Below, piece after piece: positions 25,401 through 36,469 of a stretch of 64,000 nucleotides of DNA. The stretch lies in NCBI GenBank assembly GCA_964016885.1, contig OZ024742.1:98146001-98210000 (forward strand). The letters are read 5' to 3'. The DNA is from Eledone cirrhosa. Its lineage: Eukaryota. The notes beneath the pieces were generated by a model that made no database searches, was not told where the DNA came from, and worked only from the letters and a program-made list of their open reading frames with translations. Position 1 is the first letter of the stretch; every line of letters begins with the position of its first letter. The position numbers and the translations under genes are program-made.

Positions 25401-26412
25401 ATTTCCGTATTTTTATTACACCTATTGATATAATATTTCTATAACCCCTAATATTCTGTGATGGTTCAGAAGAAAATATCGATACACGGGTCAATTAATT
25501 CAAATGTATATAGTATCGATGTTCGTGAATAGATCATTGTGAAAATTAGTATTATTAGATATACGATTTTACTATTTAATATGATGTTTTTAATTATACT
25601 AAAATCTTTGTTGCATATACATGGGTGTTAATTAAATTATGATCTTATTTATTGATATTTCAATTAAACAGCCTTCTTTCTAATTTTTTTCGGTCCGTCA
25701 CTCTATAATTTTCTGCTGTTTTCAGTTGCATTTCTTCTAATGTATGCCTTCCGTTAATTTTGAAAGTATACATATACATCGGAATCATCAACTATTATCT
25801 ATATTTATAATCTCACAGATTTATTTACGTATATTAGAATATATTAAAGATGGTTGGCAGTTATATGTGGTTTAGAGCAATGTAAAAACATAATATAACA
25901 TAAAATTATAATGTAACAAATTGATGAGATATCAAACTAACATCAAACATATTATAAGAGCATAATGATGTTGTTATATTATTTTCTCACGTTGCTACTA
26001 ACAAAATATAACTACAACGACTACAACACCACGTATATAAATATGTAGTTTAAGATACACCAACGCATTATAGTAATACGTAGATTATTCATGATAATTT
26101 TAAATAATTTTATTCATTTATTTATTATATTTAACATGAATTTAGTTAGATTGTGACTGTATCTAATCAACTAGATAGCTCTTATTTATATTCATATATT
26201 CTTTACTATCTATAAAGAAAAGATTTATGAAGTGATATTATTAAACATAATATCAATTCATATCTTTTATAAATATCTTTTTTACAGGCTTCAATCATAC
26301 GTCTGAGACTATGCTGGGATAACACTATGAATTCGATCAAGTGTGGTTATTCTAAAGAAGAGCTTATTTGCGTGCAATAAAAAAGACATACCAGCAAATG
26401 TATACAAACACA

Positions 26413-26484
<72 letters not shown>

Positions 26485-26488
<4 letters not shown>

Positions 26489-27388
26489 TAATAAAATAAT
26501 GAATAAACAAAGAAACAGTTTCTTATATTAAAAAATTCATCATTTTACGATCGTTTCTAGGATATATATGTTAGTGTTGGTATGCATATCCTATAGATCT
26601 ATGTACAATTTTTACAAACTATCAGAGGGAATATACATACCTACACATATATATGCTGTCTTCAGAAATAATGATATTTGTTTATTGAAAAAACCAACAA
26701 AGATTTAATACAATAGGTCTGTTTGGGAACAGGTTTTGAATTGACCAATAGAAAGATAGTGAAGGTCAAGATAGTAATATAGTAGTAAAAGAACCTTAGT
26801 TTATGGGTAGAGGAAGGTAGATTTCAGTTTTGGATGGAAAGAATATTATGAATGAAAGATTATTTTAGGGATGAGAATAGGTCATATGCTGACCTCAGAA
26901 ATAATTATATTTGTTCATTGAATAAAACCAACAAAGATTTAATATAGTAGGTCTGTTTGGGAACATGTTTTGAATTAACCAATAGAAAGGTAATAATTGG
27001 CCAAATGCTAAAATAGTAGTAATTGAAGTTTATTTTAAGGGTAGAAGAAGGCAGATTTCAGTTTTGAATGGAAGGAGTATGAAGAATGAAAAGGTTATTT
27101 TAGGGGTGAAAATAGGTCAGGTCAGTAAAAAGTAACACGAAAAGTTGCTGTTATAAAATAATAATGCCAATGTAAATATCTAAGGAGACTCAAATTTTAC
27201 GATAAAAGTGTTAGTGAAGAAAATATATATGGAATTTACATCTATGAAAAGAATATAAATTAATTTAATTGATGGGTATATTTATATTGATAAAATTGTA
27301 TTAATGCATATAGATATGATAAATAAGAGTTAGATGTAATTGAAGAGTGCTGTTAAAGACGAGGGGAAATTAATAAAATATAAAAAGA

Positions 27389-27419
<31 letters not shown>

Positions 27420-27870
27420 TATAATTAAACAGTAAATTTATTAGTGAGAAATAATAAATATATAGAGATTTCAAGGAACATAGAATCATAACCTGAAATT
27501 AAAACATTATATATGTTTACTTAATGGTATCAATTTTAGGAAAAGATAGTTGTAAGAAGGAAAGTAAAATTATGTAGTTCATCAGTAGTAGAATATTAAT
27601 TATAGGTTAACTAAATTAAAAATAGTTTTTATATTAATTTCGAAAATGTATATTAATTAGGTTTATAATATTTAAAGGGTTTTCTCAGTTTATGATTACA
27701 CGATATTATTAATTCCTGTCGCTTATTTAATAGGATATCCTTGGATTTCATTATTTCAAAAAGTTCTTGGGAACAAAATCTACATTCATATCTATTATTT
27801 TGATAAGGGGTGGCCCTTTTGAGCACACTCCAGGTCAGGTCATAATCTATATTCCTCTTTCTATAATTAT
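26485..27870 (-). mobile_element. PLE 3' fragment: GIY-YIG C-terminus plus pLTR with a ~230-bp tandem duplication
   Basis: YDLTWSVLKRATPYQNNRYECRFCSQELFEI..LLNKRQELIISCNHK at 27653-27870; 26651-26883 is repeated at 26884-27119. Confidence 0.85.
26537..26674 (-). ncRNA. Hammerhead ribozyme with a ~105-nt stem II (family G)
   Basis: Reverse complement reads tcattattt CTGAAGA [cagcatat...ggtatgtatattc...ggatatgcatacc...atatatccta] GAAA cgatcg TA aaatgatga; 9-bp stem I, palindromic ACGATCGT. Confidence 0.75.
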
Positions 27871-27874
27871 TAAT

Positions 27875-28177
27875 AAATATATATAAATAACGAAGGAAAT
27901 GTGGTAAGGAACCAGGTGGACCATAACGCACCAAAGTAGTCAATACTTAGGGTAGTAGAGTGGGTAATAGGAACGAGTATTAATATATATATATAAATAA
28001 CGAAGGAAATGTGGTAAGGAACCAGGTGGACCATAACGCACCAAAGTACTCAATACTTAGGGTAGTAGAGTGGGTAATAGGAACGAGTAGGAACCCGACG
28101 GCTGAGCTCAAGCCGTTTCGACGGAATTAGCCGTCGAAACGGCTTGAGATCAGCCGTCGGGGTCCTACTCGTTCCTT
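27875..28177. repeat. pLTR-like repeat: tandem ~105-bp duplication followed by a fold-back palindrome at 28079-28176 containing an HHR 3' half; another copy at 46812-46946
   Basis: gacgg aattag ccgtc GAAA cggct tgagatc agccg TC gggg; the arms aggaacgagtagga.cccgacggctga are reverse complements. Confidence 0.8.
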
Positions 28178-28194
28178 TATATATATATATATAT

Positions 28195-28950
28195 ATAAAG
28201 TGGCGGACTGGGTCTAAGAATATTGGTCGTTGAAGGAGATGAAGATGGCCCGCCTACATATAGAATGCTATCATTTAATTTTTATAATGAATAAATAATA
28301 TTTTAGAAAAATACATAAGTGGAAATAAAACAGTGCAATCAAACTTTTGCGGAAAAATATTTTACCTTCTCCAATAAAAAATATGATGTAATTTGCGAAA
28401 TCCAGAGACTTTCAATAATAACTGGAAGTCCACCCTAAATGTTAATAATAGCTCTAAGAAAGCCATGAACAACACCACATCATTTAAAATTTTATTTTGA
28501 AAGTAGGTTTATAATTATCAGTTTTCAACATCTTTTCGTAGTTGTCTCGCTGGCCTAGTTGGGAAATTATAAACGGTGATGATGGTGGTCTGAAGTTCGA
28601 TACTGGTCGGGAGTAGGTTACCCAGAAACCCTATGTTTTTTTTCTTTCTATGGGCTATAAACTAAAAACAGTTACATGCACATCTTGAGAGGATTGAACC
28701 CAAGGTCAGGATCTCCACCGTCTCTAGCATCTACCGCTAGACAACAGAGACAACAACGAAAATCTTATGAAAATTCATACTTATAAACCTACTTTCAACA
28801 TTTTCTAAATAAAGTGTTCTGTTGTCGTTTATGCCTATCTTAATGTTTTTGCTCCTACTTTAGGTCGACTTCTAAATCATTTGGGTGTTCCATAAACTAC
28901 ATCCTCGTTGTGTTTTATTTGAATCTACTATGATTTGGATTTACCTTATA
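28195..28950 (+). mobile_element. Composite repeat with convergent tRNA-like modules (second copy)
   Basis: Plus-strand A/B-box-like tggcctagttgg...gttcgatac at 28551-28602 faces a minus-strand tgtctagcggt...ggttcaatcc at 28691-28743; both are bracketed by inverted tgaaagtaggtttataa. Confidence 0.65.
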
Positions 28951-28959
28951 TATATATAT

Positions 28960-30463
28960 ATGGGTAAATATCTTTAAGTCGTTTGGAAGCCTCGACAATG
29001 TAAATGGGTAAATCTCCGGGTAACAAGATCCGGTGGTGGAGAGAGAGATGTAAGTGGGTGTACGTTGAGATGCGTGGTGTGTATAAGACGTGTAGAAGAA
29101 TGAAGGAAAGAGTATAAAGGATAAAATAAAAATACGAACACGAGAGAGAGTTACCTTGCGAGAGATTTAATTGTCCCTATATATTTCGGATTCACATCCA
29201 TCAACTGGGGTTTTTTTCCGGGGTGGGCGAAAGGTTGTCTGTCGGAAAGGTGCGAAACGCGTCCTCCGCTGTTTGTTGTTTTGAATATCTGAGGTATTCA
29301 GCAGAGTGCGCGTGCGCGTGAAATGGGGTCGGTCGGGCAGAGGTCAGCGGCCGAATGTGGGAGTGGGGTGGTGCTAGCTGTCAGTCCATTCTCTGCCTGT
29401 TTGTTAAATGTTACTCTGTATGTGTGTGTGCGTGTGTTGTTGTCTCGCTTGAGTGTGTGTGTGTGTTGTTGCCTTGTTCCTCTGTATTGGCAGTGTAGTA
29501 TGTTCGTATGGTGGTATGCTACTGTGTGTGTGCGTCTGTAGTTGTCTCGTTTGTGTGTGTGTGTGCGTGTGTTGCTGCATCGTTTGTTAACTTAAACCAG
29601 CCACCTTATTTCGCTTCTCTCGGATCGATTGTTTATTTGCGGTGCAAGGCGTTTGATAAAAAGCGCTTCCTTTCAGTCGCTAGAATTGTGACAATGGGCC
29701 TTCCGTCTTTGTTTCCGCATTTGTCTATGTGTTTCCGGAAAGACGAGGCCCTGGTTTTAGTGTGCTCCTTGATCCGGATGTGCAAAGGTCAGATTGTGCT
29801 ACCTATATAGTATTGGTTGCACCTGTCACATTCTATCTTATACACGACGTATGTGCGTAGGCAACAGTTCGCATTGCGTATCGGGCAGTCTCTGAGGGAG
29901 CACGCGTCAGTAGATTTCCCGGGTTTCCTGGAGAGGCATCTTCGCAGGGAGGGGCCCGAGTGGGCCAGGTGGATGTCGAGGCCCTCCCTCCGTATAGCCT
30001 TGCGGATAGCGTTGGTTGTATTCTCGTCCAGGTGTGGCATTTTAAGGAAGCACTTGCCTTGGATGCCTCTCTGGTTTAAGTTAACAAACGATACAGCAAC
30101 ACACGCACACACACACACAAACGAGACAACTACACACGCACACGCACACGCACACACACACAGTAGCATTCCACCATACGAACATACTACACTGTCAATA
30201 CAGAGGAACAAGCCAACAACACACACACACACACTCAAGCGAGACAACAACACACGCACACACACACAGAGTAACATTTAACAAACAGGCAGAGAATGAA
30301 CTGACAGCTAGCACCACCCCACTCCCATATTCGGCCGCTGACCTCTGCCCGACCGACCCACCGGAACTTGTTACCCGGAGATTTACCCATTTGCATTGTC
30401 GAACCTTCCAAACGTCATAAAGATATTTACATATTATTCCACAATGCTTCAAGCAAACTTCAA

Positions 30464-30466
<3 letters not shown>
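28960..30466 (-). mobile_element. 5'-truncated PLE (GIY-YIG plus pLTR) with an upstream inverted, internally deleted copy of the pLTR
   Basis: LKMPHLDENTTNAIRKAIRREG...CSLRDCPIRNANCCLRTYVVYKIECDRCNQYYIGSTI.PLHIRIKEH at 29600-30065; 29327-29600 pairs with 30072-30359, and 28962-29036 pairs with 30359-30432. Confidence 0.9.
29175..29210 (-). ncRNA. Hammerhead-like motif with a variant core CAGUUGA (family H)
   Basis: Reverse complement reads ccc CAGTTGA t ggat gtga atcc GAAA tata TA ggg; the same core occurs at 33515. Confidence 0.5.
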
Positions 30467-30520
<54 letters not shown>

Positions 30521-31079
30521 TAAAAAGGAATTCCAACTTTGGCTGATTTACTCGTTTTATTTACAATCCTTTAACATTATAATGATATTATAATGAAATA
30601 TTACGGTTGAATATTAAATGTTAAATGTTAATTGAACAAGTATTTTCATGCTTTCGCAATCTTCAGGTTTACATTCAGTGGTGACAGTTAAGTTTGCAAT
30701 TTTCAACAGTAATTAGATGGGTAAAATCTGTGCCTTATATACATTAAAAGGGGGCTACAGAATGCTATGTATTGAAAAACTGTATTTCGACTAATTGGTG
30801 TGTAATTTCACAAGATTACTAAAGCTGATTGGTTTAGGCGTCATGGTTGGTTGAGCATGTCTAACGACTTCTATTTGACCCTATCCAAAGCATTAATTCT
30901 TTTGCTATTTTTAGAAATGATGAAAATAACATTTTCTTGGGTTTATATAAAAAATCTTCAGTAATCATCAACATCAACATCACTTTTATTATCATTGTTG
31001 TTGTTGTTGTCGTTAGTGGTGGTAGTCGACATGGTCGTAGGCGTAGTCATAGTAGAAGTAATACCCCTAAGCATTATTA

Positions 31080-31480
31080 TTGTTTATTTAGCTTGGGTTG
31101 GAATTTATCAATAAAATTATTTTCTCTAATTTTTCTCTTGATTTCACTTGGGCTGTGTAGTTTGTAGAATGGAAATATTATAAATATTTTCTGACCACAT
31201 GTTGCTAGATGGTTACTCAGGGGTCTCTGGTTTGTTGTCGGTGCACCCGTGTACGTTCCGATGGTGAATTTCCAGTTTGACCGACATATAGTTCTTCACA
31301 ATTCGGGCATTTAATGCAGTAAATTAGATTTCTGCTTTTGCCGTTCATATTTGCATTTGGGAATATTTTTCCAGTTTTTGTGTTCATATATTGACCAGTA
31401 TGTATGAACTGACATGTGCCACATCAACTATCATTGCATTTAGATAAACTGAATGATTGGTCTTTGTTGTTAAGGTGAAA
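31080..31480 (-). pseudogene. PLE GIY-YIG endonuclease remnant not called in the ORF track
   Basis: KCNDS*CGTCQFI...NLIYCIKCPNCEELYVGQTGNSPSERTRVHRQQTRDP/LSNHLATCG...RENNFIDKFQPKLN; a degenerate HHR-like motif lies downstream near 30645-30680. Confidence 0.85.
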
Positions 31481-31758
31481 CTTTGCCTTGGTTAGTAATT
31501 GCTTCAATTTTTTCTCTTCCCTTACTGCTATCCTCTTTCTCTATCTCCCTTCTCTCTCGTTCTCCCTCTTACTTTCACTCACCATTCATGTATGTTTACC
31601 TGTCCCTCTTTTTCCACCCAACTTTTTTCATCCCAATAACTTATTTTAGTTATTGCATCGCCCTAACCTGAGGTATATGGTATGTAATGCGAAGAAATAC
31701 CTATGATGGCTAGTAGACCACTGATGATGGATAGTCCTGGCTTCTAATTCTAATTCTT

Positions 31759-31802
<44 letters not shown>

Positions 31803-31830
31803 GATTCGGAGGAAATCAACAGGAGAGCCT

Positions 31831-31890
<60 letters not shown>

Positions 31891-33509
31891 CTTGTGTGTA
31901 TGTGTGCGTCTGAATAGCTATACGTATATATTTATGTATGTAAATATGTACAAATACACAAACATTTATGAATTGAACAAACTCTATCTGTGCAAGACGA
32001 AAAAAAATTAGCATGTACTACTGAGTGACACAAAGAAATCTCCAACCAACCACCAAAGGACATCATATATACATTTCCTGTTTACGGAGCTGACAATTAG
32101 TAATCATGTAATTATTCACTTGTTGATATCTCCATTATTGGTTTAAATACCATCCACATATTTCCTGTTCACAAAATCGACAATCATCATATAAGAAACT
32201 GATTTATTCATTTTTTGCGTGTATATTCCATATAAAACAATTGAATTCAATACAACATCTCACTTCATATCTCAAGGAAATGGAACAAAGAGGTCCAGGG
32301 TAGTCAGCTGTGTAAACCGACTTGGTTGAATATATGTACACCCATATACATGTGTTTTCTTTCCTTTATAAGGATATAAAGTGACTGACAATCTAGACAT
32401 TATTTTTAACTTGTACAGACTCACGCGGAATAGACTATTGCATGAAATTATTAAATGACTAATAAAAGATTATTAATGGAAAATAAATACATAGAGAAAT
32501 ACAAAAACAAAATATGATATCATTTTTAAAAATGAAAAATCAACGATGAAATATATACGAGAAAATATATAATTGAATAAACAAGAGAGATGAACAGTAT
32601 AAGAGACACCAGACGCAAGAGGCAGAGAAAGACCCAAGGCAAATCCTTCCTTAAAAAACCACACCTGGGCGAGAATACCACCAACGCTATCCGCAGGGCT
32701 ATACGGAGGGAGGGGCTCGACATGCACCTGGCCCTCCTCGGGCCCCTCCCTGCGAAGATGCCTCTCCAGGAAACCTAGGAAATCGACTGACGCTTACTCC
32801 TTCAGAAACTGCCCGATGCGCTATACGAACTGTTGCCTACGCACATACGTTGTGTATAAGGTAGAATGTAACAAGTGCAACCACTACTATATCGGTAGCA
32901 CAATCCGGCCGCTACACATCCGGGTCAAGGAGCACATCAACACCAGGGCCTCGTCTTTCCGGAAACACATAACCAAATGCGGAAACAAAGACGGAAGGCC
33001 CATTGTCATAGTGCTAGCAACGGAAGGTAACGTCGGCACATTACGAATCAAGGAAACACTTTGGATCAAACGCCTAGGGCCACAAATAAATAACCGATCC
33101 GTGAGAAGCGAAATGAGGTGGTTGGTTTAAACAAACGAGGCAGCAACACACGCACACGCACACACACAAGCAAGACAACAACACACGCACACACACACAC
33201 AAGCGAGACAACAACACACGCACAACATAGCATTCACCAAGCAAGCAGGGTATACTACCACCACCACAGACTATACAATACTGCGAATACAGGAACCAGA
33301 ACAGACAGATAATACAATAGATTGACATCTAACGCCACCCCAGTCCCACAATTAAAAGAACTATTTCGGCCGCCGGCCTCTGCTTGACCGAACTCATTTC
33401 GCGCACGAACGCGCGTGCTCTGCTGAATACCTCAGATATTCAAAACAACGAACAGCAGAGAACACGTATCGCTCCTATCCGACAGATAACCTTTCCCACA
33501 CCCCGAAAA

Positions 33510-33545
33510 CCCTTCAGTTGATGGATGTGAATTCGAAATATAGGG
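33510..33545 (+). ncRNA. Hammerhead-like motif with a variant core CAGUUGA (family H)
   Basis: ccctt CAGTTGA t ggat gtga attc GAAA ta TA ggg. Confidence 0.45.
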
Positions 33546-33589
33546 ACAATTAAATCTCTCCCAGGGTACCTCTATCTCGTGTTATTATT

Positions 33590-33745
33590 TGGTGGATTGG
33601 CAGTATCGGTAGAGGGCCGGACGCCATGCTTTGACGCATAGAGTTACGGCCCTTTATGGTTTGAGTTCAAATCCTGCCGAGGTTAACTTTGCCTTTCATC
33701 TGTTTACTCCACCTTATCTTTCTGTGCCAAAAGTAGAAACAATTA
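33590..33745 (+). mobile_element. tRNA-derived SINE
   Basis: ggattggcagtatcggtagag...tgagttcaaatcctgccgaggttaactttgcctttcatc...aaagtagaaacaattatt. Confidence 0.8.
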
Positions 33746-34229
33746 TTTTTATGTTTTACGCTCTTTCCTACGTTCTTCTACACACTACATCTCATTCTAC
33801 ATTCACTTACATCTTTCTCTTCACCACCGGATCTTGTTATCATGAGAATTACCCATCTGCATTGTTGAGGCTTCCAAAACCACCTAAAGAAAATATATCT
33901 TATTATTCCACAATGCTTCAAGCAAACTTCAATACTCTCTTATTAATATAAACATACATGTGTTCGAATCACTAATATAAACATACACGATTCGAACACA
34001 TGTATGTTTATATAAGTGTTCATCTCTCTTGTTTATTCAATTATATTGTACGGCTCGGAAAAGCTTTTTTCTTAGAAATATTTAATTGTAAGGGACTACC
34101 CTGAGTTCTTAACTCAATATATATACGAGAAAATATATACGTTTTATAAGCTTAAAATGAGCATTTCGAGTTAATAGAAATTAATCGAAGTTAACAGAGA
34201 GGATAATCAAAGTTACTATAAAGGTGTGG

Positions 34230-34370
34230 GTGGGTGTGAATTGGCAGAGTCACTAGAACGTCAGACATCCTGCTTGCAATAATCGTTTCGGCTCTTGGCT
34301 CTCTGCTATTTGAAGTCAAATACCACGTAGGTCAACTTTGCCTTCCATCCATCTAAGTCGATAAAAATGT
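34230..34370 (+). mobile_element. tRNA-derived SINE, diverged
   Basis: gaattggcagagtcactagaacg...ggtcaactttgccttccatcc..gtcgataaaa. Confidence 0.65.
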
Positions 34371-34419
34371 AGTGCTGTTGATGGTCATTTTGATAATTTT
34401 GCAAAAATAGCACACCCTC

Positions 34420-34600
34420 TATTTCATTTCAATTCAGTTTTATTATTATTAGATTTGTTTATTGGTTATTTTTCAAAGCACTTTCGTCACATATTATGTA
34501 ACCTCCTCAATTACTATTTGTTCTTCTCTGTGTGTCCTCTTTTTTCTGGTCTTATTCTGTTTACTCCACCTTATCTTTCTGTGGTACATTTTCTTGTTTC
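34420..34600 (-). mobile_element. Diverged family-A pLTR fragment with a decayed HHR at about 34468-34515
   Basis: Reverse complement gtaaTTGAGGAggttacataatatgtgacGAAAgtgcTTtga is homologous to 6543-6587. Confidence 0.55.
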
Positions 34601-35454
34601 TGTATATGTTTACAACTAGAATATGTGTGGATGGTTCTCTTGTGCGAAACATGCTAAAGCGTCGGAGTCATTGCCACGTCTCTATTTAGAAAATACCTTT
34701 TCACTCTACCCACTAAGTTTAAACACTCATTCAGTTAGTGTTTCAACATTCTATACATTACGTTATTTTAAACAAATATTTGTTTATATATATATTGATA
34801 TATATATTCGTATGTTGCTTTTATGCATTTAAATATACATGTAAGTTTGTTAATGTAGCTACCAAACAGTAAGGTGCGAACATTTGAATACAGCTGATGT
34901 TTAGTATATTATAATGCGTTAAAGAGAATAATTTGTCCCATCGTCTGTATTAACCCGTAATATAATACATAGTTTGCAATTAATCCATTCTATGTTATTT
35001 CTTTTCCACATCTTCGGCAGAAACATGTCTCGATATTTGCATGTCTCACAGGTATATCTCATGGACAATACATAATTTGCCATGAACAATAAATACTTAC
35101 TTCTATCCAATAATGGAAAAGTGTGAATTAATCGAACTATACATTACGAAAACAAGATATAACATGCGCCATATACAAGTTATTAATTACAGTTACCGCG
35201 GTATATATTATTCTGAATCAAGAATCTAATGTGATAAGATGTTCTTCGTCATTTCTGACTATAAACTGCATTTGATGGTCGGTGAGGGAAAGTTGTTGCA
35301 TAGTAGAATATTTCAACAGTTGTGAATTTCACCTAAAATAAATAACTATTTACTAGACAGAATGAATTGCCTTGATGGGAAACAGTTGTTTATTAGTAGT
35401 TATAACGGTTTTAGTTTAGACACAATATTGATTTCATTATAGTACACACATGAG

Positions 35455-35660
35455 GGCGAGTGATTGGCAGAGATATTAAGCGTAGAAAAATAGCATTATA
35501 AATGTTCTTGCATTTTAAGCTCAGAGTTCAAATTCCGCCGAAATTAGCCTTTCATTCTTACGCCGTCAATAAAAAAAAGTACCAGTATCACACTGGAGTC
35601 AATGGAATGGAATGTTTCCTCCCCCAATATTACTGGTCTTGTACCTAAATCAGAAACATC
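35455..35660 (+). mobile_element. tRNA-derived SINE
   Basis: ggcgagtgattggcagag...cagagttcaaattccgccg...gcctttcattctt..aagtaccagt...tggtcttgtacctaaatcagaaac. Confidence 0.75.
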
Positions 35661-36025
35661 TTATAGACACATAATCTAAATGGGTGACGAGTAGTAGTTG
35701 AAACGGGACAGAGTGCTGTTGGTTGTTAACGCCCACGGAAAGAAAAGGTCATGGATTGGATATAAGTGGGAAGGACTCACTTACCTACACGCATGTACAC
35801 AAAAAATACTGATATAAATATATACATATATACATATGTAGATAAATCTACCAAAAGTTTACGGTTGTGTCCAATCCGTATGAAGAACTCAATGTAATCC
35901 GGATATCATGGAAAGAAGAGATCACTTTCGGTGAAAGATAAACGGAATACAGAGTCAAGATAAAATATAAAAAAAATAATGAATAAAACAATGAAACAGT
36001 TCCTTATATTAAACAAAAAAAGTTC

Positions 36026-36162
36026 ATTATTTAACGATCGTTTCTAGGACATATATGTGTTAGAATTGGCATGCATATTCAAAAGATCTATGTACAAAAT
36101 TATACAAACTATCAAAGAGAATATACATACCAACACACACATATGCTGTCTTCAGAAATAAT
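36026..36162 (-). ncRNA. Hammerhead ribozyme with a 104-nt stem II (family G)
   Basis: Reverse complement reads attattt CTGAAGA [long hairpin] GAAA cgatcg TT aaataat. Confidence 0.72.
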
Positions 36163-36291
36163 TTCTGAAGACAGCATATGTGTGTGTTGGTATGTATATT
36201 CTCTTTGATAGTTTGTATAATTTTGTACATAGATCTTTTGAATATGCATGCCAATTCTAACACATATATGTCCTAGAAACGATCGTTAAAT
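36161..36291 (+). ncRNA. Mirror family-G hammerhead with stem I shortened by the inversion
   Basis: attt CTGAAGA cagcatatgtgtgtgttggtatgtatattc...gaatatgcatgccaa..acacatatatgtccta GAAA cgatcg TT aaat. Confidence 0.65.
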
Positions 36292-36390
36292 AATGAACTT
36301 TTTTTGTTTAATATAAGGAACTGTTTCATTGTTTTATTCATTATTTTTTTAATATTTTTAATATTTTAATATTTTACATATATACATATG

Positions 36391-36467
<77 letters not shown>

Positions 36468-36469
36468 AA

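Larger units (their letters stand above)
32600..33945 (+). mobile_element. PLE fragment of the same family as 28960-30466, interrupted by a SINE at about 33590-33745
   Basis: QGKSFLKKPHLGENTTNAIRRAIRREG..CCLRTYVVYKVECNKCNHYYIGSTIRPLHIRVKEH..IKETLWIKRLGPQINNR; same pLTR and same terminus attccacaatgcttcaagcaaacttcaatac. Confidence 0.9.
35970..36350. repeat. Perfect ~380-bp palindrome centred on 36160, made of two divergent family-G HHR pLTR ends
   Basis: Arms of about 190 bp read as exact reverse complements around ...cttcagaaat a atttctgaag... Confidence 0.95.

Noticed and set aside
28545-28745. tRNA-like units as real tRNA genes
   Set aside because: A/B-box-like motifs are present but I could not fold a credible cloverleaf; the same applies to the SINE heads
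31718-31745. accaCTGATGAtggatagtcct as a hammerhead
   Set aside because: No GAAA or UH half follows; truncated or chance
35085-35790. Minus-strand GTAAGT donor-like sites at about 35095 and 35780 as host exons
   Set aside because: No supportable acceptor, reading frame or protein similarity
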